Shown: positions 52,639 through 64,000 of the stretch, in pieces | Numbering within the stretch: the stretch's first letter is position 1 | Layout of the letters: each line of letters begins with the position of its first letter | NCBI GenBank assembly: GCA_951406725.2 | Contig: OX597841.1 | Span: forward strand, 18,290,001 to 18,354,000 | Source of the DNA: Octopus vulgaris | Taxonomy: Eukaryota | Direction of reading: 5' to 3' | Length of the DNA stretch: 64,000 nucleotides | Made by a program: the position numbers and the translations under genes | The notes under the pieces: generated by a model | Told to the model about the DNA's origin: nothing | Database searches by the model: none | What the model saw: only the letters and a program-made list of their open reading frames with translations

Positions 52639-52875
52639 GTGAAATAGAAAGATGAATAATCTTGTAGCAGATTAATCAAAAGTTTAACCGATACCTTGGT
52701 AGCAAAAATCACAGCAGAAAACAGCACGGTTGGAGGTACAACCATATGGTGCTGCAACCGTGCGTTGGTGCGGATAATTGAAATTAAAATATTATTGGTG
52801 AATTGAAGAAATGGTGCTGAACGAAGATTGAACAGAAATCGTTTTATTTCATTCTACACGTGTAGAATGAAATAA

Positions 52876-52923
<48 letters not shown>

Positions 52924-53527
52924 TAATTTAAAAGCTGCACTCCATGCGGACTCCTCAGCTAGCTCCTGCAGAGGGCTAATTGGTCCCAAAAGTAAATAAA
53001 GAGCAATAATAAAGCATTTATTGGTATCTTACCAATATGGTATTACTTTAAATTCGGTTTAAATGAAATACACAAATTTCTTCTTTTTTCTTCTTTTTTT
53101 TTGCTCGGTTTTCAAATAAAACGGTCCAACAAAAAGAACTGATTAATTTTTTGCACTATTTTTTTTACTTTAACATGGTTTAAACCTCTGTCCCTGAGTG
53201 ACCACTGAATTGATTGCAAGTGTCAAGTAAACAATTAAGTAACAATTATAATTTACAAAATGCCGAAACTCTACGTAACATGATTAAGTAACAATTTAGC
53301 AAAATAAAGTAGAATCCAATCTATTTTTTTCCGTATAGTGATCCCACCACTCTCCGGTATGGGTGGGCCCTATGCACAGGACATACCTCTGGCTGCATGT
53401 AACAGCTCCATCAGACAGCGCATGGCAGCAGTCGGTAGCAACGGGTCTAATACGAAAGATATGTCATGGGTTTCATCCTCTGCTATATTTTTTATTGGTG
53501 ATCATGATAGTGATAACCGACCCCAAA

Positions 53528-55020
53528 ATGTCGATTGATACATCTAAGAAAAATGAAAGAGCATCAATTTCTTTGGCAACCAAGATCAATATTTTGGATC
53601 ATCTTTGTAAGGGCAAAAGTGCAGCATCCTTGGGTAGAGCTTTCTGCCGGAACAAAGCTACAATAAGAGCAATCAAAAGGAATGATGCTGTGATTAGAAG
53701 ATCTGAAGTTTCCGGAACAAAATTCTCTGCCAAGTTGTCGTCATATACAAGAGACATGATTCAAGAAGAAATGGAGAAAGCTTGAATAATATGGACTGAA
53801 GAAAACAATCAAAAAAGGAGGCCAATAAATGGTAAAACCATAAACCAGATGGAATTAGGATTTTACAAGAAGATTAATGATCTGGAGTCATCAAGTGCAT
53901 CTGCCTAGTGATACAAAGAAGAATGAATTTGCTGCAAGTACAAGACGGCTTAGAAAATCCCTCGAAAGACACGCACTGCATCATATAAAAATGAGAGGTG
54001 AAATATCATTGACATATAAGACAACTGCTGAAGAATTTCTTTCAGAACTAACCAAAATAATTGAAGAAGGTGGTTACATTTCAGACCAAGTTTTCAATGC
54101 AGATGAAACTGGTGTCTTTTACCAAAAAAATGCCACACAGAAAGTGTATAGCAAAATCAGAGAAAAGTTCCAGTGGTTTTAAGGCAGCTAAAGACCGTGA
54201 GACTTTCTTGTTATGTAGCAACGCTTCAGGAAATTGTTAAAACCGTTATGAATTAATCGATCAGTTCGTCCACGTGCAATGAAAGGCAATAAAAAAGTCA
54301 TGGATGACAGCAGAAATATTTACCAAATGGTTTAGCAGCTGCTTCATTCCTGAAGTAAGAAGATATATGGAAGATAAAGGTCTTGAGTCCTTTTACTTAT
54401 AGACAATGCACCCGGTCATCCAGATTTGGAACACCCGAATGTAAAAGTCTTATTCTTGCCACCTAACACATCACTGGTTCAACCGCTTGATCAGGGTATG
54501 GATTCAACATTCAAATCATATCCAGTGAACATTTGAATATATCATGGATGAACTAGAAAAACATGGAACACTTTCAATCATTCAAGCATGGAAAAAATTT
54601 ACTATAATTAATTGTGCTAATTATGCTGCCCCAGCTTTATCCAAATTAAAGCCATCCACCCTAAATGCATGTTGGAGATCACTTTGGCTAGAATGTGTAG
54701 AGCCTAAAAATCTCGTATCTAAATACGAACGAATTACATTCTGGTAGCATCCCTTTGACACATCAGATTGGCAGAGAAGGTTTTGAAGAATTAACAATCA
54801 AAGATATTGCAAAATTAAGAATTGACGAAGCTCCTAATCAAGAACAAATTATAGAGAGTATTTCAGAGAATGTATATGATTTCAAGTTAGTTTATAGTAG
54901 TGATGATGAAGAAGCGGTTCCACTGTCTGCAAGTACAACCCAAGAAGGCCTCCAAATAATCAACAAACTTGGAAATCATTTTCCTATAAATGATAAATGT
55001 TGAACGAGCTATGCAATTCT
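53528..55020 (+). pseudogene. Tigger/pogo-family (CENP-B HTH + DDE_1) transposase pseudogene
   Basis: Motifs SISLATKINILDHL (psq-type HTH), EFAAS, QVFNADETG, GFKAAKDR.T.LLCSNASG, IDNAPGHP and LFLPPNTSLVQPLDQG, spread over frameshifted ORFs 53363, 53877, 54544 and 54755. Confidence 0.92.
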
Positions 55021-55104
55021 AAGAAGCTTCTATGTCTATGTACATGTAGGCTAAGATACAGGGGTCCCAGACGAATGGACAGACAGAATTTCATGTTTAC
55101 TACT

Positions 55105-55136
<32 letters not shown>

Positions 55137-55150
55137 TATATATACATCCA

Positions 55151-55293
55151 TACAGTGTACATTGAAACACATATGAGACATCCATCATAGGACACCTTGC
55201 ATGCTAGAAAGAACAGTTAAATTCCAACTGTTCTTTCTAGCATGTAAGGAGTCCTATGATGGATGCCTCTTATGTGTTCAAATGTAAACTGTA
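55151..55293. repeat. Fold-back hairpin, about 68-bp arms, loop AAATTCC
   Basis: 55151-55218 is the reverse complement of 55226-55293 with a few mismatches. Confidence 0.9.
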
Positions 55294-55489
55294 TTTATAT
55301 GAATAATATTTAGTCTATTGACTAAATTTTTTTACATGCTAGGACACAGGTAGTAGAAATTTCTAATATTTCTTATTAACCTTGATATTATATATATATA
55401 TACACATATATAAACATCTGCTTTTGCTTGCATGTGTGTCTGTATTTATATATATATAAGTCAGGACGCCATGATAGATTGTTAGCTCC

Positions 55490-55663
55490 TACATGCATTT
55501 TTTTCTCTCCTTGTTTCTTTTCTGTGTATCTTTCTGTCGAAGAGTGTAGGTTCGAAACGTAAAAGACTTGTTCTATTTCTATTCCTGAGCACCATACTAA
55601 TACAATTGTTTGTTTGTACTCCACCTGCCTTCGTCTTTTGTTTATTTTCGTAAACCTTCCCGT

Positions 55664-55664
<1 letters not shown>
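55490..55664 (+). mobile_element. Short hammerhead-bearing element, family H2, second copy
   Basis: Motif at 55529-55566: tcttt-CTGTCGA-a-gagt(gtag)gttc-GAAA-CGTA-aaaga. Confidence 0.65.
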
Positions 55665-55697
<33 letters not shown>

Positions 55698-55922
55698 GAT
55701 ATATATATACACACACACACACACACAAACATACACCATTTTTAATTTAGGGGATACAAAACTTTGCTATCTTTAATTACTCTTGTTTCAACTTTTCCCC
55801 GAAGGAGTCTGAAATATTAAATTTTTCACACCCTCATGGTAACTTTTTGTCAATTTTATGAAATAACACGTCTTACTGACACAAACCAACGCCAGTCAAG
55901 TAGGAACCTGTTTGATTGTGTG

Positions 55923-55964
<42 letters not shown>

Positions 55965-55966
<2 letters not shown>

Positions 55967-56363
55967 TGCAGGAGTGGCTGTGTGTAAGTAGCTTGTTTAC
56001 CAACCACATGGTTCCGGGTTCAGTCCCACTGCGTGGCACCTTGGGCAAGTGTCTTCTACTATAGCCTTGGGCCGACCAAAGCCTTGCGAGTGGATTTGGT
56101 AGACGGAAACTCAAAGAAGCCCATCGTATATAGTATATATATATATATGCGTGTGTGTGTGTTTGTGTGTGTGTGTTTGTCCCGCTAGCATTGCTTGACA
56201 ACCGATGCTGGTGTGTTTATGTCCCCGTCACTTAGCGGTTCGGCAAAAGTAACCGATAGAATAAGTACTGGGCTTACAAAAGAATAAGTCCTGGGGCCGA
56301 GTTGCTCGATTAAAGGCGGTGCTCCAGTATGGCCACAGTCAAATGACTGAAACAAGTAAAGAG
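55965..56363 (+). mobile_element. SINE family A, full length
   Basis: Near-consensus copy. Confidence 0.9.
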
Positions 56364-56434
56364 TATATATATATATTCATTTTTGGATTTGGTTTGCAAG
56401 ATTCTTTATATGAGTTTGTGTGTTGAAGCATATT

Positions 56435-56745
56435 CTGTTGTGTCTGGGGAGAGTCATTCTCTTTGAGTGCCTTATAATGTAACGCACTCACTGGTAAAAT
56501 TTCGAGTGAGTGTGTTAAATTATAAGGCTCCAAAAGAGAATGACTCTCCCCAGACACAACAGTGTATATATGAGGGAAGACCACTAAGTGGACATCCATT
56601 ATGCTAGAGGTAGACCCCATATGGTCTGACCACTAAGAAAATATTGTTCTGAAGAAAATTCTCTTGAGAACAATCTTTTCTTAGTGGTCAGACCATATGG
56701 GGTCTACATCTAGCATAATGGATGTCCACTTAGTGGTCATCCCTC
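56435..56745. repeat. Two adjacent fold-back hairpins (56435-56562 and 56572-56745)
   Basis: Arms of about 55 and 80 bp with high complementarity. The loops contain AAAATTTC and AAAATTC. Confidence 0.9.
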
Positions 56746-56864
56746 TTATATATAATATAATTTTTCTGAATCTTCAGATTTTTCTATATGCTAGGCCACT
56801 GGTTTTAAATTGATATTCATCAAATTAATATTCAATTTTTCACCCTTATTATTTAAATTTATAT

Positions 56865-57336
56865 ATTACATGGAAAAATGTGAGCAATAGAAATAATGTT
56901 CTTAAGATTATAAACCTGGAAAAGTACTGGACAAGTTATTACACTTAGGAAAGTTCAGGATAAGTTATTACAAGTTATTACAAAGTACAGAACAAGAGAA
57001 TTTTTACTTAAAATATTGCAGCTAAGGATAAAATTTCAAATAAAATATTTAGATTTAGAAAATATTAGCTTTTATTAAAACTAAAAATTTTATTACAAGT
57101 TCTATTTGTTATTACTTACTAATTCTTAACAAAACGAAGCTACCTTTTTTAATTATGTTACTTTGTAAATTAAAATCAAATAATTTTTAATATTCAAATT
57201 TTATTCTTAAGCTGCAATATTTTAAGTAAAAATATTCTTGTTCTGTACTCTACCAGATTTAATAATTTCTCCTGTATTTTTCCAAGTTTATAATCTTAAG
57301 AATATTATTTCTCTTGCTTGCATTTTTCCATGTAAT
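56865..57336. repeat. Long AT-rich imperfect inverted repeat
   Basis: ATTACATGGAAAAATG...CTTAAGATTATAAAC and AGTACAGAACAAG...AATATTGCAGCT blocks are mirrored at 57195-57336. Confidence 0.8.
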
Positions 57337-58861
57337 CCATGTTTTTCCCAGGCTATGCGATTATGCTAATTAATAATGAGTCAATTAATAATTTAAGATT
57401 TTACCTTATTGTAAATTACCTCAATGATGCCGGTGACATATATTAAAAGTCCTCTTATAGAACTATATTTATAAGAAAGTATAAAACTATATCCTCACCC
57501 TCAAATTTGAGAAACAAACACTCAGAACTTATTTCTTTTAAAATTTCATTACATGAGATTGATAACATGAAATCCCTCCAAATGAGTCCTATCGTTTAAG
57601 CTTAATTAAAATATAGTTCGTTTTTAAAATAAAAACGTTAATTATATTTAAATCCAGTTTTCTGCCTTACTTATATTTTTTTTCATGATAACTTTTTTGA
57701 TACAAAGTTTTGTTGAACGAGACCAAAATCATGGAATTCCTCATGCTTTCTTCTATCGCTGAAGCAAAGATAATAAGAAAAAGTTACTTAGATCGAAACT
57801 TGGTTGGAGGTGTTACTTACTCTCCTATAATGTTGCTACACATCTTGATGTAAACTTTTTTCTACTGGACCAAATCTCAATTTTTTTTTATGCCAAAATG
57901 TAGCTAGGGACCAGTCCTCTTCCAAAATGTTAACAGTTTTCAATTTGGTTAAGAACTGAATCAGCGACAAAGCTCTGAAGATGCTGCGTGTGAGTACAGT
58001 AGTTGAATGATATATGAACATACCAGCATCGGTTGTCAAGCGATGTTGGGGGGGACAAACACAGATGCACAAACATATACACACACACATATATACATAT
58101 ACACACATATATGCATATACATATATATATACATACATACACATATATACGACGGGCTTCTTTCAGTTTCCATCTACCAAATCCACTCACAAGGCTTTGG
58201 TTGGTCTGAGGCTATAGTAGAAGACACTTGCCCAAGGTTCCACACAGTGGGACTGAACCCAGAACCATGTAGTTTGTAAGCAAGCTACTTACCACACAGC
58301 CACTCCTACACATATTATTTCAAAAGATTTTCTTCTATTATAGCAGGGTTTCTCAACCATTTTCCCCCTATGGACCCCTTTGATTCCAACTTCACTTGGA
58401 CCCTCCTGGCCATTCAGGGTGTAAAAAAATTCCTATTATATTCTTATAATTAAATATTATTAGAAATTGTAAGAAAAAAAATTGTTAAAAATATTTTGTG
58501 ATTTCAGAAGTAAAACCGATTTATAGAGACCCTCACGGACCATAAGAGCCTGATTGAGGGCCATTGCACAATAAGCACAAGGGCTGAGATTTCAAAGGAG
58601 TGAACGAGTCAAATTTATATCCCTCTGTACTTATTTTATCGATCCTAAAAAGATGAAAGGCACTGACCTCAATAGAGTTTGAACTCAAAACATAAAACTG
58701 GAAAGAATTGCCACTAATCATTTTCTGCAATCAGCTAACGATCTCGTCAGCTCACTGTCTTTATCATTTCAAGAAATTGAAAATTAATTATCAAAATTAA
58801 TTTACATACTTGGAGTTGGGGAGGATATTATCTTTGCTTTATATCATATATAATGAGGAAG

Positions 58862-59037
58862 GGTGAACGTCAGTGATTAGGATATTCGGCTAACAACTAT
58901 AAGGTCGTGAGTTCAATTCCTGGCTATGTGTTATGTCCTTGAGCAAGACACTTTATTTCATGTTGCTTCAGTCCATTCACCTGGCAATACAAAGGGCCTG
59001 CCTTGTCATATTCTGTGTAACACTGCATCTTCCTGAG
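58862..59037 (+). mobile_element. CORE-like tRNA SINE fragment
   Basis: GAGTTCAATTCC B-box followed by TGTCCTTGAGCAAGACACTTTATTTC (CORE-like). Confidence 0.6.
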
Positions 59038-59039
59038 AA

Positions 59040-59260
59040 CCCTTTCATTACTATATTTATTTTGAGATGCTCTCTGTTTCTTTCAATTACTTTAAATATA
59101 ACAAAGAATTTAGTAAAATATCTTAGTATTTATTAAGCTGGTGTTAGGAACATAAATTGTGACTAAGGTTTGGTGGAAGACTTTAATTCAAAACTTATGA
59201 AAACAAGACATTTGTACTACAGAGCCAGAGGTGGTTTCAGCCGGGTTGGTAATGAAAGGG
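59040..59260. mobile_element. piggyBac-like MITE family 2 (copies about 48808-49006, 63485-63655, 63935-63966)
   Basis: TIRs CCCTTTCATTAC / GTAATGAAAGGG followed by TTAA. Confidence 0.75.
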
Positions 59261-61326
59261 TTAAGGATACACGTGTCTGTGGAGTTCTCAGCCACTTGCA
59301 TGCTAATTTCACAAGCTGTCCATTCTGCTGATTGGATCAACTGGAACCCTTCACAGTCGTAACCGACAGAGGGACTGCTTTTTTTTGTTTTTTTATAATG
59401 AAGAAGGATTGGTTAGAAGTGATAAATGCTGATCTCAAAATGCTTGACTTTCTGAATGAGAATCACGAAGACCGTAAAGAGTAAGTCACTGTGCTAGAAA
59501 GAGATGCACCCAGAGCAGATAAACATAATCAAACACACATAAAAACGATAATGATGATGATAACGATAGTAATAAGTCAATAAAGGATGAAAACTGTAGT
59601 TGACCTGCTAGAAATAGCAGCTAAGTCTTACATTCAAACCATCATGTTTATAATACTGTAGTTTCCAGCATACAAGTCGAAATTTTCAGTCTAAAGTTTA
59701 CAGCCAAGAAAGGGACGCTGGCTTACATACCAAGATGACTTTAGAGGACCAAAAATTCCCTGTGAAGTAGCAGAGGATTTGGAAAAATAGTGACCATGAT
59801 TGCACCAAAGGATGACCCGATATACTCCATCAACTTGTATCCTACAAAATACAGTATTTCATCAATGTTTTGTATGTCTGTCTTGATTAGCTTCTCAAGT
59901 AGAATACCCTATTTTTTCAAGCAAACAAGTCAAATTTTTCAGAACAAAATTTAGTCAAAAAAAAGAATACTTAAAAGGAGCAAAAATCTCCTGTGAAATT
60001 CCACAAGATTTGGAAAGATAGTGACGATATTTGAATGATTACATTATATGTTTACGACTTACACTATTTTGACTTGTGTATTGGAGGCAAGTGAAATCAA
60101 ATCAAAAATCAAAGTCAAATCTGATGACTGGTGCCCGTGCTAGCGGGGTGCAAAGAGCACCATACGAGTGTGATCATTGACAGAGCGGCTAACTGGCTTC
60201 TGTGCCAGTGGCACTTAAAAGGCACCATTTGAGCGTGATCGTTGCCAGTGTCGCCTTACTGGCACTCGAGCACCGTGCTAGTAGGGTATTAAGAGCACCA
60301 TCCGAGCGTGATCGTTGCCAGAGCGGCCATCTGGCCTCCATGCCGGTGGCACATAAAAGGGCACTATTCGAGCATGATTGTTACCAGCATCGCCTTACTG
60401 GCACCTGTGCCGGTGGCATGTGTAAAAGATTCGAGCGAGGTTGTTGCCACTACTGCCTGACTGGCCCTCATGCCGGTGGCACGTAAAAAGCACCCACTGC
60501 ACTCTCAGAGTGGTTGGCGTTAGGAAGGGCATCCAGCTGTAGAAACTCTGCCAGATCAAGACTGGAGCCTGGTGCAGCCATCTGGTTCGCCAGCCCTCAG
60601 TCATTCGTCCAACCCATGCCAGCATGGAAAGCGGACGTTAAACAATGATGATGATGATGATGAGTGTTTCATCTATGCTTTGAATGTCTGTCCTCATTAG
60701 TATCTCAAGTAGAACACTGGTTTTTCCAGCAAACATGCTGAATTTTTCAGAACAAAATTTACAGCCAAAACCCAGCATTTTGACTTTTACATCACGACAA
60801 CTTTGGAGGACCAAAATTCTGATATGAAATGCAGGAGGGATATGGAAAGATAGTGACACTGCTTCAATGTTTACACTATCATTTTCACTTGAATACTGGG
60901 GAAAAAAAAACTGTATTTCACTTACAGTGTTTTTTATGTCTGTCTTGATTAGTTTCTCGAATAGAATGCTGTTTTTTTTACCAGGAAACAAGTTGAAGTT
61001 TTCACAACAAAATTTACATCCATAAAAAGGTAAGTCAGCTAAAAAACCAAGACTTTGAAGGAGCAAAAATTCCATGTGAAATGCAGCCGGATTTGGAAAT
61101 GTAGTGACTGTATTTGACTGTCAATGCTACACTAAAATGGTGTGAGTGTATAAGAAGTTTGCTTCCCAACCACATGGTTCTGGGTTCAGTCCCATGGTGC
61201 AGCACCTTTGGCAGGTGTCTTCTACTATAACCTCAGGCTGACCAAAGCTTTGTCAGTGGATGTGGCAGATGGAAACTGAAAGAAGCCTGTGTTGTGTATG
61301 TGTCTGTGTGTGTGTTGTCCCCTACC

Positions 61327-61564
61327 TATTTCTTTACTACCCACAAGGGGCTAAACACAGAGGGGACAAACAAGGACAGATAAACAGATTAAGTCGATTA
61401 CATCGACCCCAGTGCATAACTGGTACTTATTTAATCGACCCCGAAAGGATGAAAGGCAAAGTCGACCTCGGCGGAATTTGAACTCAGAACATAACGGCAG
61501 ACGAAATACCGCCAAGCATTTCGCCAGGTGTGCTAACGATTCTGCCAGCTCACCGCCGCCTTTT
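61327..61564 (-). mobile_element. SINE family B inserted in a SINE A copy (61140-61770), 14-bp TSD
   Basis: TSD TGTTGTCCCCTACC at 61313-61326 and 61565-61578. Confidence 0.9.
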
Positions 61565-61884
61565 TGTTGTCCCCTACCACCGCTTGACAACCGGTGTTGG
61601 TGTGTTTATGCCCCTAAAACTTAAACAGTTTGGCAAAAGAGACTGATAGAATAAGCATCAGGCTTTCTCAAAAAAAAAAGAAAAAGAAGTTGTGGGGTCA
61701 ATTGATTAGACTAAACAAAAATTCTTCAAGATGGTGCCCCAGCATGGTCGCAGTCAGACGACTGAAACAACTAAATGATTAAACATACTACATCGACATA
61801 TATGCTAGAAAATACTCTCAGGTAGAAGCTAACATTGTAACATATAATCCTATGCCAAAAAGATGGGATGGTCATGGCTGGAAT

Positions 61885-62296
61885 GACAGAGAACACCACT
61901 GGAAAAAAAGGAAAACTAAAAGAAGCAGCGCATATGCTAGGACACAACAACCTCCGAAGCAGACCCAATGTGCAGATATGAGCAGCATATGGGAACCGGT
62001 ATTAAGGAAAGATAGGAAATATTAGGCTTATAAGCCCTAAAATTCATTCCATAATTGTCCACGGGCCTATGGCGTAGTAGTTAAGAACGTGGGCTTCTAA
62101 CCCCCAAGATTCCGAGTTCAATGCCAGGCAGTGACCTTAATAATAATAATAACATCAAAAAATACCTTAGGAATGAGAACCCAGGTTCGAAATTTCCCTA
62201 AGACACCTGATGAAGGCTGGAGGGTACATCGGCCGGAACGTTGTGTTGACAACCAACAAGAGGACAAATATCCGTCAAATGTAAATAATGTATAAT
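61885..62296 (+). mobile_element. Second, shorter 5'-truncated copy of the Penelope-like element
   Basis: Matches 38800-39180 (DREHHW...LKEAAHMLGHNNL). It has the tRNA-like cassette at 62063-62136 and a hammerhead motif at 62202-62247. Confidence 0.88.
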
Positions 62297-63091
62297 GACT
62301 TTGATCGGATCTGCTGGATCATGGTCAATGTGTGTTTAACCAACAAGAAACTATGTGTTTCCCAATGTAAGATCAGACAGAATTTGCTGATGTCAGCAAA
62401 AGTCAAATCAAATTTTGGCACAAGTCAGCGACTGATAGGGCAAGAGTGCACGGTTGAGTGAATCCATTACTGTAGAACACTGGTAACTATTTTAGTGAGA
62501 TCTCTGCCCTTCCAGCAAGATAAAAGTAATATTGACCAGCACCAACTTTTGAACTCAAAACATAGCAAATACATAGATATAAGTGACAGAGGCAGGTATT
62601 AATACTGAGAGATAATATTTATCCCCACTTAAACACCGGATGTTCTGTTAGAACAAACTATACTGTGGTAGATGCCATGAGAGAACCTCTCCCATATTGG
62701 CTTTTGGTGCAAAGTACACACTTGTTTATATCGCTAGTAGGGAGAAAAATCCCTGCCACCTCCAACGCCGAGACCACCAGATCATGTGATTTCAACCTTC
62801 CTTGGTCTGCAAAAATATGAGTGGTCATGGGGAAGTATTATCTTGCTTGAAAATAGGTGAGGGTTGGCAACTGAATGAGCATCCAGCTGTAAAATATCTC
62901 TGCCTTGATAAATTCAATAAGCGTGAGAACGTGGACATTGGAAGTGATGATGATGATATCTTTCAACTGAGAGTTGGAAGTGGAAAAAAAAAAATTGGAT
63001 TCTGAGCAGATAGACCTTTCAAAAGTCTGGGATCTGTACGAAAATTCATTTGACCCTTAAACATTTTTGCTACCATATTTCTGTTGAGATA

Positions 63092-63482
63092 CTCTTTTAC
63101 TTGTTTCAGTCATTTGACTGCAGCCATGCTGGAGCACCGCCTTTAATTGAGCAACTCGACCCGGGACATATTCTTTTGTAAGCCCAGTACTTATTCTATT
63201 GGTCTCTTTTGCTGAACCGCTAAGTAATGGGGACATAAACACACCAGCATCGGTTGTCAAGCAATGCTAGGGGGACAAACACAGACACACAAACACACAC
63301 ACGCATATATATACATATATACAACAGGCTTCTTTCAGTTTCCGTCCACCAAATCCACTCACAAGGCTTTGGTCGACCTGAGGCTATAGTAGAAGACACT
63401 TGCCGAAGGTGCCACGCAGTGGGACTGAACCCGGAACCATGTGGTTGGTAAACAAGCTACTTACCACACAGCCACTCCTGCG
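63092..63482 (-). mobile_element. SINE family A, full length
   Basis: Near-consensus copy. Confidence 0.9.
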
Positions 63483-64000
63483 TATTTCTTTCAATTAATT
63501 TTAAATATAACAAATAATTGAGTAAAACAACTTAGTTATCATTAAACTAGTGTTAGGAACATAAATTGTGGAAGATTTTAATTCAGAACTTTTGAAAACA
63601 AGACATTTGTACTACAGAGCCAGAGGTGGTTTCAGACAGGCTGATAGCAAAAGGGTTAAGCATTTAAACTGGCTATATCCAGGCCAAATATTTTACCTGT
63701 TTCATATTAAAAATGGCCAGATCTGGTCTCTCACACCTACCCCACCATGTCATTCTAAAATAAGTATTATTGAAATCTCAAAGCTACAAGATAATGCATG
63801 ATTAATTCAAAACAATAGGAATAAATAGGCATTGCTTTTGATGAAATAATCTGAATGCTAAGGGGTGAAATAAAAGAAATCCTTGACAGTGAAAAGGTTG
63901 AGAACCATTATTCTGTCATCGTCATCATCATCATTCAAAACTTATGAAAACAAGACATTTGTACTCAGAAGCCTGTCGTATATATGTATATATATATATG

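Overview
AT-rich, repeat-saturated eukaryotic DNA. The repeat families (tRNA-derived SINEs with internal (TA/TG)n tracts, CORE-like SINEs, long (TA)n and (ATT)n tracts) point to a coleoid cephalopod, probably Octopus; this is inference from repeat content. No host protein-coding gene can be confidently identified, and almost all long ORFs are microsatellite or minisatellite artefacts. Recognisable protein-coding sequence comes only from transposon relics: two internally deleted mariners, a Tigger/pogo pseudogene, an RTE-type LINE 3' end, a tandem array of R4/Dong-like REL retroelement 3' ends, and two 5'-truncated Penelope-like (GIY-YIG) elements. There are three large tandem arrays (24-bp, 22-bp and 78-bp units), about 20 copies of one SINE, and hAT- and piggyBac-type MITEs. 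Three signals stand out. (i) At least nine type I hammerhead-ribozyme-like motifs occur in several families, with covariation between families. (ii) The Penelope-like element carries an integral tRNA-like Pol III cassette just upstream of its hammerhead. (iii) A series of long fold-back hairpins is present, several with AAATT-containing loops.
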